Part shown: piece by piece, positions 10,417 through 20,756 of the stretch | How the letters are laid out: the number at the start of each line of letters is the position of its first letter | How positions within the stretch are numbered: the stretch's first letter is position 1 | DNA from: Anaerolineae bacterium | Lineage (GTDB): Bacteria; Chloroflexota; Anaerolineae; Anaerolineales; E44-bin32 | Reading direction: 5' to 3' | NCBI GenBank assembly: GCA_030605795.1 | Contig: JAUWHR010000005.1 | Span: 338 to 64,337 of the forward strand | DNA length: 64,000 nt | Position numbers and translations under genes: made by a program | The notes under the pieces: generated by a model | Seen by the model: the letters and a program-made list of their open reading frames with translations, nothing else | Told to the model about the DNA's origin: nothing | The model's database searches: none

Positions 10417-11456
10417 TCGCCGGCACAGTCCGGTGTTGCTGGTCAGATTTTTAGTGATTGGGAGAACTTCGCCCGCTACGGCTTCAATCGAGCGCATGCC
10501 ACCGTCTACGGTGCAGTTCCAGTACATAGGGCCTTCCTCAAAGCCAACTATCCCATCGAGTACATGACCGCTTTGATGTCAGTGTTCCAAGAAGACCCAG
10601 ATCGTACTGCTAGGTACATCACCGACTGCAGGCGCATGGGAATCGGCATTCTAAGGCCCTCTGTCAACAAAAGTGGTCTGGATTTCACCATTGAAGCGAG
10701 TTCTGAGGCTCCTGAAGCGATTTGCTATGGTCTTGGGGGCAAAAAAAACGTCGGTGATGGTGCAGCAGGGCTCATTGTTGAGGCCAGAGGGCTGGAGGGC
10801 GAGTTTTCAGATGTCGTTGACTTCGCGTTGCGGGTAGATCTGCGCAGGGTGGGGAAGCGTGCATTAGAGTCGCTCATCATGGTTGGCGCCCTTGATGATT
10901 TCGGTTCTTGAACCGTATTCCTGGAGCAGGTTGAATCTCTTTCCCGCGACTCTGGGAAACACCATCAGGTCCTTTCTGCGGATCAGATGACACTCTTTGG
11001 CGGAGAGATCAACGGGATTTCCCAATCTGTTCTCCCAACCCGAACCATGGAGGCGTCAAAGCGACGGTGGCTTGCATGGGAGAAAGAAATCCTGGGCGTG
11101 GATGTATCAGATCACCCCGTTGCGTCGAAGATGGCCATCCTCGGTGGCCTCATCTCTCACTAAAGCTCGGAAATCCAGGACACTTCCCAGAACGAGCACG
11201 TGATCGTTGCGGGCGAGGTGACAGACATTCGTAAGATCCTCACCCGACGAGGGTATCCCATGGCTTTTATCCTTTTTGAGGACCTTCAGGGCACGATCGA
11301 GCTGGTGGTCTTCCCAAAGGTCTGGAAGAATACGTCTGCTTGGCTCGAGCAAGGATCGATCGTGGTGGCCAAGGGCAATGTGGACCTGGAGCGGGATATC
11401 CAAAGGTGCTGGCGGATAAGATCACGGATCAGCTCGAGCGGGTGAAGGTTTATTAA
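10417..11456 (+). pseudogene. dnaE: DNA polymerase III alpha subunit C-terminal remnant
   Basis: FARYGFNRAHATVYG..FLKANYPIEYMTALMS, then GALDDFG, EKEILGVDVSDHP and an OB-fold tail (GYPMAFILFEDLQGTIELVVFP). In-frame TGA 10909 and TAA 11161. A -1 frameshift near 11398 restores ..PKVLADKITDQLERVKVY*. The N-terminal ~800 aa are missing. Confidence 0.8.
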
Positions 11457-11530
11457 CCATTATGGTTAAAGCCAAGCATGGGTCGTAGAGGGGGTTTAAT
11501 GGTGGGGCAAATTACGCGTTACTGTAAAAT

Positions 11531-11562
11531 CTGTGGGGTGGAGCTTTGTCTCCATCCCACAG
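11531..11562 (+). terminator. 13-bp stem hairpin downstream of the dnaE remnant
   Basis: CTGTGGGGTGGAG-ctttgt-CTCCATCCCACAG with one G.U pair. A T-run follows only about 20 nt later, so terminator function is uncertain. Confidence 0.3.
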
Positions 11563-11800
11563 TAATTGTGAGCCAGGTCTTTTTTTGTTTAACCGTATTG
11601 TATTGAAAAGAATGTGTACAAGATTATATTGAGGATGTGACAAGCAATATGCGCATAGCCACAATATCTCGACTAAACATATTCTTTGTTTTTCTTGAAA
11701 CAAAAGAGGCTATGCGAAATGGAGGATTGAGGGTTGAAGGCAATCATAGTACAGCGCGAGTCTAAATTCGAGGGTTTCTTCATATTATTGATTCCTGGAT

Positions 11801-12135
11801 TCAACCACTAAGTGCAACAACGGGATGATTGAAGAATACCTGATTTGTCGTCTTGAAGCCAAGACATTTTCTGGGTCTATTGTTGAGCATATTCATAGCA
11901 TAGGCGATCTCCTCACTCATGATGTTTGAGAAATTGCTCTTTTTAGGGAAGTACTGTCTTATCAGACCGTTCGTGTTATCGTTCGTTGCTCTCTCCCAGG
12001 ATGAATAGGGATGGGCAAAGTATGGGTCACACGCAAGGATGGGCATCTCCCGGCCATGCTCTTTCCCACTGGCATCCGGTCGAAGAGGTACCGACGAAGC
12101 GCTGGTAGATGGAATGTCGCCAGTGCGTGTAATCT
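11801..12135 (-). pseudogene. IS30-family transposase C-terminal remnant
   Basis: ..YFAHPYSSWERATNDNTNGLIRQYFPKKSNFS..LNNRPRKCLGFKTTNQVF matches the IS30 DDE C-terminus. The upstream part is cut off exactly at the Tn3-type inverted repeat. Confidence 0.65.
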
Positions 12136-12173
12136 GGGGTTAGTCAAGTAATGGAACGAAAAGTCACGCTATA
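12136..12173 (+). repeat. Tn3-family 38-bp terminal inverted repeat
   Basis: GGGGTTAGTCAAGTAATGGAACGAAAAGTCACGCTATA. By eye it shares GGGGT, TGGAACGAAAA and TCACG blocks with the Tn3 IR as I recall it (GGGGTCTGACGCTCAGTGGAACGAAAACTCACGTTAAG). Confidence 0.75.
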
Positions 12174-12300
12174 TTAGCAGAGTCGGCGGGTAGGCACAGG
12201 CCAGAAGAAGCGCTTCATCGAACGCCTTTGTATGTCATGGAGAGCAACCCGGGCGTTCCTGTGAAAAGAATCTTTCCTATTGAAAAAGATTCTTATCTAG

Positions 12301-14073
12301 GAGCCCGCCCCGCCTGTCAACTTCCTCACCCAACAACAGCAAGCTGTCTATGGGCAGTATGCGGGGGAACCCTCCCCTCAGCAGCTCGCCCGGTACTTTC
12401 ACCTAGATGACACGGATAGGCAACTCATCCTCCGGCGCAGGTCGACTTATAATCAGCTTTGTTTTGCGCTGCAGGTATGCACTGTGCGCTTTTTGGGCAC
12501 GTTTCTTTCCAACCCGCTTGACGTGCCAGAGGGGGCCGTGCGCTATGTCGCGAACCAATTGCCCATTATTAATATGGCCGACTTGTCGAAATACACGGCC
12601 CGCCGCACCACTCGTCACGAGCATGCCAGGGAGATCAAGCAGTTCTATGGCTATCGTGTTTTTGATGATCCGGCCATGCATTTCCAGTTGCTTCGCTGGC
12701 TGTACACTCGGGTCTGGTTAAGCGATGAAAGCCCGTCCATGTTGTTTGACCTGGCAACCGCCTGGCTTGTAGAAAGGAAGACCCTGCTTCCAGGCGCGAC
12801 CACATTGGCGCGTTGCATTGCCCGCATTCGCGATCGGGCTCACCGACGCTTGTGGCGCACGCTGGCCCAACTGCCCAACCCGCAGCAGCGCGAGCGTCTG
12901 CTCAACCTTTTGGTCATCCCTGAAGGGGAAAGCCAGACGCCGCTGGACCGGCTGCGACGCTCGCCAAGCCGGGTAAGCAGTGTTGCACTGCTGAGAACCT
13001 TGGAGCATATGGATGAAGTTCGCGCCCTGGATATTGCCGGTGTGGATCTCTCGCATGTACCTTTCAATCGCATCAAAGCCCTGGCTCGCTATGCCACGTC
13101 CTCTTGGGCTGCAACGATCAATCGTCTGCAGCGCGACCGAAAGATCGCCACGCTGTTGGCCTTTGCCCATGGACTTGAGGCCAAAATCCAAGACGACATC
13201 TTGGATCTGCTGGATCGCTTTTTTGCCGAGAAGTTTGCCACCGCCAAGAGATACGGGCAAAAGGAACGACTTAGAACGCTGGCGCGGTTTGATGCTGCCG
13301 TGTTTCAGCTTCGCAATGCTTGCTTGTACTTACTGGATGAAAGCCTACCGGACCAGGCTGTGCGCGAAGCTGTATTTGCCCGGATTGACCCAGAGGCATT
13401 GCGAGAGGCGCTGGTGGTTGTCAATGAAAAGGCGCGCTCAAAGCCGCCGCATTATTTCAATCATCTGACTCGTAGCTACGGAAGCGTGCGTCGTTTTCTC
13501 ACCAAGTTGCTGCAATCCATCCATTTTCAAGGTTCGCGGGCGAGCAAACCCATTCAGGACGCCTGGCAATTTCTCTACCAAATGGACCACGCAGCAGCGC
13601 CACCCGATCTCCAAGCGGCACCACGTGAAGTTATCCAGGCTGCTTGGCGCTCGTTGGTCATCGATCCCAGTCAAAAAATCAACCGGCGGTATTACACCTT
13701 TTGTGTATTGCACCATCTAATGGAGGCGCTGCGCCGGCGGGATATGTTTGTCTCCCCAAGCAACCGCTGGCATGACCTGCGCAGGAAACTGCTGCAGGGA
13801 AAGCAGTGGGAGTAAGCCCGTCCGAAGGTTTGCCGCACCTTAGGGTGGACGACGGATGGAAAGGCCGAGATCCAGCGTCTCTCCTCGGTCAATCTGCCTG
13901 AGGCGATGCTGGAGATCCATCGCCGCACAGGATTTGCAGACGAGTTCACCCACATTTGTGAAACGAAATCGTACGTGGAGGATTTTTCGATCTCTGTCTG
14001 TGCAGCTTTGCTAGCATAAGCCTGCAACATTGGCCTTGAGCCGGTGGCGCGCCCGGATATCCCAGCGTGTTAG
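12301..14073 (+). pseudogene. tnpA: Tn3-family transposase, N-terminal ~590 codons, truncated
   Basis: DUF4158-like N-terminus (LTQQQQ..LARYFHLDDTDRQLILRRRSTYNQLCFALQVCTVRFLG). In-frame TAA 13813 and TAA 14017 (..LLA*ACNIGLEP). No start codon. The reading frame ends at the IS junction near 14073. Confidence 0.8.
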
Positions 14074-14075
14074 GA

Positions 14076-15507
14076 AAACTTGAAAACTGGACACTTATAA
14101 ACTTCAAAAGTGGACTTGAAAGCCCTGTAAAGGCAGAGAGACAGAGTGAATCATCTTGTTGTTCCACCAAATACGGATATGCATGAGCTTCTTCCCTTCA
14201 TCAGGCACGAGATGGACATCTACATCTTCTCGAAGAGGCACATTAGGCACTTCAATAACATGTTTGAATAAAGAAATTCTGCGGTACCCGTTGACTATCC
14301 TCTTCTCCCGTAAACAGAAAACATCTTTGGCCGAGGTATAGGGTTTGGGTGTCGTGAACTTACGAAAGAGACTATTGCCTTCTTTTCTCGCACTCTCAAA
14401 ACGGATGTTGGGGATCTCACCGGTCGTGGAGTGAACTTGGTTGTTGTTATACCGATTGAGCTCGTCTCTCAAGACGCTTCTGCCATCTTCCATCTCGGAT
14501 ATTTGTCCATAGATACAGGTACGTACGATGCGGTCCTGCAGCCAACGATAGGGGCACTCGACCTTGCCTTTGGCCTGGGGGGAGAGTTCATAGGTGACAT
14601 CCACATTCAGAACGCGCATCATCTTGCGCCACTGAGTCGCAACATCGTCTGTTTCCAGTACATGCTTATGCCAGCCTGTCCTGGACCCTTCGGCAGTCCA
14701 GGGAAGCTGTCCCTTCCCTGGACGAAACGAAACACACGCAAGGAGTCGACATAGTAGCGAAGGGGCAGGCCGTGGGTCTCGATGACGGTCTTCGTTGCCT
14801 GAATATGGGCCCAGGTCGTCTCTCTGGGGAAAAAGTCAGCGAATAGTATCTTCCGGCTGAAATCATCGATAGAAGTGATGAGGGTCCATTTCTCCTTTGC
14901 AAGAGGAGACCAAAGGTGAAGAGAAGCGTCATGCTGTACCAGGGCACCGATGGAAGCGGTCAAGACTTCCCGGTCGTGCACCTTTCTCTTCCTGCGTGGT
15001 TTATGGCAGCCAAGCTTCTTGGCTCGCTTGATGATGGTAGTGACGGAAACATCGACCCCTTTCTTCCTTAGTCGATCCCTCAGTGCTGTGTAGTTGTAGC
15101 CGGAGATGGGTAAGTCGGGATCTTGGACGATTTCTTTCTCCTCCAGCAAAGCCTTCTCGATTTCCGCTTCCACTTCCGCTGACAACCTGTCATGAGATGT
15201 TCTTTTATAGTCAATTGAAAAGGTGGCCGGATCTTGCCGATAGGATTTCAACAAGGCAAAGAATCGGGTCTTGCCTACACCCAACATTTCCTGAACCTGA
15301 GCTCTGCTCATTTTCCCCAAGCAGTAGCTTTGAAGTAGAACTTTAATCTGTTCGTCGGTAAGGCGTCTGTGAAGCTGGTCCATTGACTCCTCCTTTTTGA
15401 AAGGAGAAATCTAACAGGGAAAGGAGTCTCTGCCGTTATCTCAGGTGTCCACTTTTCAAGTTTACATGGTTCACCTTTCAGGTTTAAACAGTTCACTTTT
15501 AAAGTTT
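14076..15507. mobile_element. rve-type IS (ISNCY/IS481-like) with multiple subterminal repeats
   Basis: AAACTTGAAAACTGGACAC (14076) and AAACTTCAAAAGTGGACTT (14099) on the left. Inverted copies on the right at 15445-15463, 15468-15485 and 15489-15507. Encloses the transposase gene. Confidence 0.7.
14104..15383 (-). pseudogene. DDE (rve) transposase split by a frameshift
   Basis: N-terminal HTH, HDASLHLW and IDDFSR acidic motifs, then SPQAKGKVECPYRWLQDR in a second ORF (14104-14622). The frames switch around 14620-14700. A programmed frameshift is not excluded. Confidence 0.7.
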
Positions 15508-15530
15508 ATATGACAATGCGTCGCGAATTC

Positions 15531-15559
15531 TTGACTTGGAGACAATACTGGTGTAGTAT
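15531..15559 (+). promoter_or_regulatory. Sigma70-like promoter upstream of the ROK regulator
   Basis: TTGACT (15531-15536), 17-nt spacer, TAGTAT (15554-15559). Confidence 0.4.
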
Positions 15560-15585
15560 TAAAAAGAGAATTATTTTATAAAGGT

Positions 15586-15601
15586 GAATAATTAATTATT
15601 C
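15586..15601. promoter_or_regulatory. Perfect 16-bp palindrome (candidate operator)
   Basis: GAATAATT|AATTATTC, between the putative promoter and the ROK gene start at 15657. Confidence 0.4.
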
Positions 15602-15656
15602 CTAAGCAATTTTCTTCAGCAAAAGACCAAACCTCTCCCAGAAAAGTTGCAAATTC

Positions 15657-16904
15657 ATGCCAAGAAGGCAGACCCTTGCAGGCAGTAATAGCAGCACCGT
15701 CAAGTCGCACAATCTGAGGGCCATACTGCTAACACTTCTCCAGCGCGAACGTGTTTCGCGCGTCCGCCTAGCTCAAATGACTGGGCTCTCGACGACAGCC
15801 ATCACCAACTTGGTCTCCGAGCTCTTGGGACAGGGTATCGTCGTTGAAGAGGGGACAGAGACCCCCAAGCATCGGAGAGGGGTCGGACGACCCCGAACGG
15901 CACTGCGATTAATGCCGGAAGCCCGTTATGCTGTTGGCATTCATGTTGGCGTTGGCAGTATCCGCGTGGCAGTGACTGACCTGCGCGCTCAGCTTTTGTG
16001 CCACCTTTCCCTAGCTCACCCTTTGGATAGATCACCTGAAGAGGTAGTGGTCGAAACAGCCACACTGGTTCATAAAGCAATCACCGAGAGTGGTGTGGAT
16101 CGCCAGTATGTCGTAGGGGTAGGAGTGGGTGCGTCTGGCTTGGTCGACACGGACACCGGCGTCAACGTGGTGGCGCCTAATTTGGGTTGGCGTGATGTGC
16201 CGATTCGGGATTGGTTTGCCAAGCGTCTGAGGCTACCGGTTTGTGTGGACAACAATGTCCGTGCAATGGCCCTTGGTGAGGCTATGTTTGGTGCCGGGCA
16301 GGATGTTCATTTGCTGGCATTCGTCTATGCCCGAATAGGAGTAGGAGCGGGTTTTGTAGTAGGTGGCCAACTCTATCGTGGCAGTGGGGCAGGGGCGGGA
16401 GAGATCGGCCATACGACGATCATTCCCGATGACGGGGATCCATGCCGGTGCGGCAATACCGGCTGTCTTGAAACCCTCGTATCCGAACCGGCCATCGTGC
16501 GTTTGGCAGAGAAGTTGGTCAAGCGGGATACACAAGGTATCCTGGCATCGTACTGTAGAGGTACTGACGGGATTCGCGTCGAGCAGATCTTCCAAGCGGC
16601 GCGTGCCGGGGATACCGCCGTCCGTGCGTTGCTCGATGAACGAGCCCGTTACATGGGAATCGCGCTAGCAAACCTAGTTAACATCTTCAATCCGGAATTA
16701 ATCTTATTGGGAGGAGTTCTTGCTCAAGGCAAGGATCTACTGTTGCCAGTTATTGAGACAACGATGTGCCAGCGAGCCTTTGCCAACCTGGGCGAACGGG
16801 TGCGGCTGCAGGCAACTAGCTTTGGCCAACAAGTCGGAGTGGTCGGAGCTGCGGCCCTGGCCTTGAACACCTTCTTTTACCAGCAATCTAGCCAGGGCAT
16901 CTGA
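15657..16904 (+). CDS. ROK-family transcriptional regulator
   Basis: 415 aa. N-terminal winged HTH (RVRLAQMTGLSTTAITNLVSEL). ROK sugar-kinase-like body with zinc motif CRCGNTGCLE. Confidence 0.85.
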   Translation: MPRRQTLAGSNSSTVKSHNLRAILLTLLQRERVSRVRLAQMTGLSTTAITNLVSELLGQGIVVEEGTETPKHRRGVGRPRTALRLMPEARYAVGIHVGVGSIRVAVTDLRAQLLCHLSLAHPLDRSPEEVVVETATLVHKAITESGVDRQYVVGVGVGASGLVDTDTGVNVVAPNLGWRDVPIRDWFAKRLRLPVCVDNNVRAMALGEAMFGAGQDVHLLAFVYARIGVGAGFVVGGQLYRGSGAGAGEIGHTTIIPDDGDPCRCGNTGCLETLVSEPAIVRLAEKLVKRDTQGILASYCRGTDGIRVEQIFQAARAGDTAVRALLDERARYMGIALANLVNIFNPELILLGGVLAQGKDLLLPVIETTMCQRAFANLGERVRLQATSFGQQVGVVGAAALALNTFFYQQSSQGI

Positions 16905-16916
16905 GGTAAACGGGTT

Positions 16917-18260
16917 ATGCAATCGACAGATATGAGACTGGGCCTGGTACCACTGGCCAGGAATATGTTCGATATAGCCCTGGCAACGAAAGTGACGGCC
17001 CAGGTGCGCTCTCGATTAGAATCGGTCGGCTTTTCGCTCGCCGGGCCAAGTGCGTTGGTCACCAGCTTGGATGAGGCCAAGAAAGTCGCCCAACAACTGG
17101 CAGACAACCCGCCTGATCTGCTGCTGGTTCTGCAGGCCACCTTTGCCGATAGCACAATGGTAATGAGCCTGGCGGAGATGGTAGACGCTCCGCTCTTACT
17201 GTGGGCAGTTCCGGAAGCCGGCGCCGGTGGCCGATTGCGCCTGAACTCGTTTTGTGGGATTAACCTGGCCGCCCACGCGCTGAGACGGGGCGGCCATCAC
17301 TATGACTATGTGTACGCTGCACCAGACGATCCTGTGGTGGTGGAAAAAGTACGCGCCCTGGCCCTGGCCGGGTGTGCCCGACGTCTGTTGTGTCAGGCCA
17401 GAGTCGGACGAGTGGGCGAAAACCCAGCCGGGATGAATAGCTGCCAATTTAACAAGGAAGCCTTGATACGCCAGTTTGGCCTGGAGGTGGTCCAAATAAG
17501 CTTGGAACAGGTTTTCCAGGCTGCCCGAGCGGCGGATCCACAGGAAGTTGAAGCTGTATTGAAGAGCCTGAGTACAAAACTGGACGGTCTGCATGAGTTG
17601 GACCAGACTGCCCTGCGCAGGACGTTGAGCAGTTACGTGGCCCTGCGCCAACTTGTAGAGCGACAGCAATTGGATGGTTTAGCCGTGCGCTGTTGGCCCG
17701 AGTACTTTACCGAACTGGGCTGCGCTGCCTGTGGTGCGATGTCTATGCTCAGCGATGAACTGACCCCCTGTAGTTGTGAAGCGGACGTCAACGGCACGAT
17801 CACCCAGCTCATCCTCCAATGGATCAGTGGTGAGCCGGCCTTTGGCGCCGATATCGTGTCGATGAATGTGGAACAGGACGCCATCGTCCTGTGGCATTGT
17901 GGGTTGGCTCCACTCTCCATGGCCGATCCGTCGGTGCGTCCCCGGGGGACGATTCACTCCAACCGCAACCTACCCCTATTAATGGAGTTCCCGCTAAAAC
18001 CTGGCAGGGTTACCATCGCTCGTCTGAGTGAGGCGACCGGGGAATATCGAATGGTCATCGGTAGTGGTGAGATGCAACGAACGCCAATGAACTTTTCTGG
18101 CACGTCGGGAGTATTGCGTTTTGACCGGTCAGCCAGCGATGTGCTCGATACCATCATAACAGAAGGGTTAGAACATCACCTCTCTTTGACCTACGGTGAT
18201 CATGTACCAGTCGTTTTGGCCTTATGCAGTATGTTGGAATTGCCTGTTCTACACCTATAG
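16917..18260 (+). CDS. L-fucose/L-arabinose isomerase-family aldose-ketose isomerase
   Basis: 447 aa. MRLGLVPLARNMFD..DLLLVLQATFADS..LLLWAVPE..RLNSFCGINL pattern typical of FucI/AraA-like family proteins (by eye). Confidence 0.7.
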   Translation: MQSTDMRLGLVPLARNMFDIALATKVTAQVRSRLESVGFSLAGPSALVTSLDEAKKVAQQLADNPPDLLLVLQATFADSTMVMSLAEMVDAPLLLWAVPEAGAGGRLRLNSFCGINLAAHALRRGGHHYDYVYAAPDDPVVVEKVRALALAGCARRLLCQARVGRVGENPAGMNSCQFNKEALIRQFGLEVVQISLEQVFQAARAADPQEVEAVLKSLSTKLDGLHELDQTALRRTLSSYVALRQLVERQQLDGLAVRCWPEYFTELGCAACGAMSMLSDELTPCSCEADVNGTITQLILQWISGEPAFGADIVSMNVEQDAIVLWHCGLAPLSMADPSVRPRGTIHSNRNLPLLMEFPLKPGRVTIARLSEATGEYRMVIGSGEMQRTPMNFSGTSGVLRFDRSASDVLDTIITEGLEHHLSLTYGDHVPVVLALCSMLELPVLHL

Positions 18261-18323
18261 GCAAGGAAAGGAGAAGAAGTGGATATTGGAGAGAGAAAGT
18301 GAACTCCCTTATTCGGTGCCAGA

Positions 18324-18339
18324 CTACATTCGAATGTAG
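18324..18339. promoter_or_regulatory. Perfect 16-bp palindrome upstream of the ABC transporter genes
   Basis: CTACATTC|GAATGTAG, 30 nt upstream of the SBP start codon. Confidence 0.4.
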
Positions 18340-18369
18340 CTTGGCTGACAATCATGAGAGGAGAACCCT

Positions 18370-19665
18370 ATGAAAGCGCGTAACCTATTTGTCTTATCAA
18401 TGGTCATGTTGCTGTTGGCTGCTTGCAAGCCAGCTGTAACACCGACGGAGGCTCCACCGCCTGAGGGTGTCGAGTTGCGGTTCACGTACTACGCGGACGG
18501 CAACGAAGCTGATGAGATGCAGACCATTCTGGATCGTTTCATGGCTGAAAACCCCAGCATCACAGTCGTGCTCGACGTCGTACCCTACCAGACAATTGAC
18601 GAACAGTTGCCTGTGCAGGTGGAAACCGGGGAAGGCCCAGACATGGCGCGCATCACCAATTTTGGCGCTTACCGCGGTAAGTTGCTTGACCTGCGTCCAT
18701 ACCTGTCTGACCCAGGCTACTTCGAGAGCAATTTCCCGACGCCTGTGTTGGCAGCCATGCGGGCTGAGGGCGACGCCTCTGGCTTGCACGGCTTCCCGGA
18801 CAGCCTGACTGTGACCGGTCCGTACGTCAATAAGACTCTGTTCGATCAGGCGGGGATTGAGCTACCCGGCGATGCTTCCTGGGAGGAGTGGACCGAGCTG
18901 ACCCAGCAGGTAGCCGAAGCGACCGGCGTGCAGTACGCCATCTCGATCGACCGCACCGGTCACCGCTTCGCCGGCCCGGCGATGAGCATGGGTGCGACCT
19001 TGATCGATGCCAGCGGCAACTTCACGGTCGACACCCCTGGCTTCCGCGATTTCGCCGAAATCCTCATGGGCTGGCACGATGCAGGCATCACGCCGTCTGA
19101 GGTGTGGTTGATCGGCGACAGTCTCAACAGCTGCATCGACTTCTTCAAGAGCGGTGATCTGGTGATGTGCATGTCGGGGAGCTGGCAGATCAACGGCGTG
19201 GCCGGGGATGTGGGCGACGCCTTCGACTGGGTGGTCGTTCCCAACCCGACCGGTGCTGGCGGGAGCACGGGTGTGGCCGGTGGCGCGGGTGTGGTGGCCT
19301 TCGCTGACACCGAGCACCCCGAGGAAGTCGCTATGCTGATGGAGTTCCTCATCCAGGCGGAGAACTACGGCGCTTACTCGGCCGGCACCTTGTCGTTGCC
19401 TGCCCAGACGGAAGTCGCTTCCACCGGTGTGGACTTCGAGACCGACAACGCCTCAGTTCTCGGCGCGTTGTCAGCTTACACAGCGGAGATCCCCAAGCTG
19501 CAAGACCAGGCGGTGGCTTTGAACGTCCACCCGTTCGCCTTCGCCTACTACCGCAACAGCGCCAATCGTATCGCCCAATATCTCACTAGCGAGCTGTCGC
19601 TTGATGAAACCCTGCAACGCTTGCAACAGGATATCGACGACGCGATCGCTGAAGCAGGACAGTAA
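18370..19665 (+). CDS. Sugar ABC transporter substrate-binding lipoprotein
   Basis: 431 aa. Lipoprotein signal MVMLLLAAC. Family-1 solute-binding features (PDMARITNFG, GFPDSLTVTGPYVNKTLF). Confidence 0.85.
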   Translation: MKARNLFVLSMVMLLLAACKPAVTPTEAPPPEGVELRFTYYADGNEADEMQTILDRFMAENPSITVVLDVVPYQTIDEQLPVQVETGEGPDMARITNFGAYRGKLLDLRPYLSDPGYFESNFPTPVLAAMRAEGDASGLHGFPDSLTVTGPYVNKTLFDQAGIELPGDASWEEWTELTQQVAEATGVQYAISIDRTGHRFAGPAMSMGATLIDASGNFTVDTPGFRDFAEILMGWHDAGITPSEVWLIGDSLNSCIDFFKSGDLVMCMSGSWQINGVAGDVGDAFDWVVVPNPTGAGGSTGVAGGAGVVAFADTEHPEEVAMLMEFLIQAENYGAYSAGTLSLPAQTEVASTGVDFETDNASVLGALSAYTAEIPKLQDQAVALNVHPFAFAYYRNSANRIAQYLTSELSLDETLQRLQQDIDDAIAEAGQ

Positions 19666-19675
19666 TCCGATTTCT

Positions 19676-19715
19676 TTTACCATAGGGGCGCATTATGATG
19701 TGCCCCTATGGTAAA
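19676..19715 (+). promoter_or_regulatory. Intercistronic 14-bp perfect stem-loop
   Basis: TTTACCATAGGGGC-12 nt-GCCCCTATGGTAAA directly after the SBP stop. Plausibly an mRNA-stabilising or attenuating hairpin. Confidence 0.55.
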
Positions 19716-19727
19716 GATTATTTGATT

Positions 19728-20750
19728 ATGTCTGTACGCTCACTTTTCCTACCTATCAAATCAGTTGGCACTTTTATCAACTGTATTTTCTCTTCCATAC
19801 TAGATTTCTTCATTTCTGCCTTCGACGTTGTGTTTAGCATCCTGCAAAGATGGATTGGCATTCGCGGCATGCCTTATGTTTTCGCACTGCCGAATCTGCT
19901 CATATTTGGCATTTTTATCTTGTTTCCTATGCTGCTCAACTTTGTATATGCGTTCACGGGTGGCATAGAATTTTTCCCCGATCGGCGACCTTGGGTTGGG
20001 ACGGCTAACTTTGAACAGCTCTTGACCTGTGAAGATTTCATCGATCCAAATACCTGCTACGAGGATTTATTTTGGCGTGCTGTCTTCAACACATCAGGCT
20101 ATGTTATTTCACAAGTCGGTCTTATGGTGATCATTTCACTCATAACAGCACTGGTGCTTAACCGCAATATCAAGGCGCGGGGTTTCTTCCGTAGTGTTTA
20201 TTTCTATCCTGTACTCCTGTCGCCGATTGTTGTTGCACTTATTTGGAAATGGATTTTGCAGGAAAATGGTCTGCTTAACGGGAATATCGCTGGTTTGGGC
20301 TACGACAAGGTGCCCTTTATGGTCAATGCCCAATGGGCTCGTTTTTGGGTGGTGATTATCAGCGTGTGGGCGTTTATGGGGTTCTATACGTTGATTTTGC
20401 TGGCCGGTTTGCAGTCGATTCCATCGGAACTGTATGAAGCCGCTAAAATCGACGGTGCAAATGATTGGCAGTTGTTCCGTTGTATCACTTTGCCGCTCCT
20501 GATGCCCACTATGCTGGTTGTGCTGGTGCTGTCCTCGATTCGAGCAGTGCAGATATTCGACGTGGTATTTGCTTTTACGGGGGGTGGTCCGGGCACTGCA
20601 ACGCTATACCTCGTGCAATACATATATGAAAAAGGGTTCTCCAGCCCGTCGAAACAGTTCGGTCTCGCCGCAGGTGCCTCGTTACTCATGGCTGGGACGT
20701 TGATCGTATTGACACTGATTCAACTGCTTTTACGTCGTGAGGAGGCTTAG
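19728..20750 (+). CDS. Sugar ABC transporter permease (MalF/UgpA-like)
   Basis: EAA loop YEAAKIDGANDWQLFRCITLPLL. Multiple TM segments. ATG 19728 (after the hairpin) preferred over track start 19695. Confidence 0.85.
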   Translation: MSVRSLFLPIKSVGTFINCIFSSILDFFISAFDVVFSILQRWIGIRGMPYVFALPNLLIFGIFILFPMLLNFVYAFTGGIEFFPDRRPWVGTANFEQLLTCEDFIDPNTCYEDLFWRAVFNTSGYVISQVGLMVIISLITALVLNRNIKARGFFRSVYFYPVLLSPIVVALIWKWILQENGLLNGNIAGLGYDKVPFMVNAQWARFWVVIISVWAFMGFYTLILLAGLQSIPSELYEAAKIDGANDWQLFRCITLPLLMPTMLVVLVLSSIRAVQIFDVVFAFTGGGPGTATLYLVQYIYEKGFSSPSKQFGLAAGASLLMAGTLIVLTLIQLLLRREEA

Positions 20751-20756
20751 GTAGAT

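Noticed and set aside
10441-10560. dnaE fragment as the C-terminal half of a split-intein DnaE.
   Set aside because: The fragment includes residues N-terminal to the (C/G)FNxxH junction (GQIFSDWENFARY), and no intein-C-like sequence precedes it. It also carries nonsense codons.
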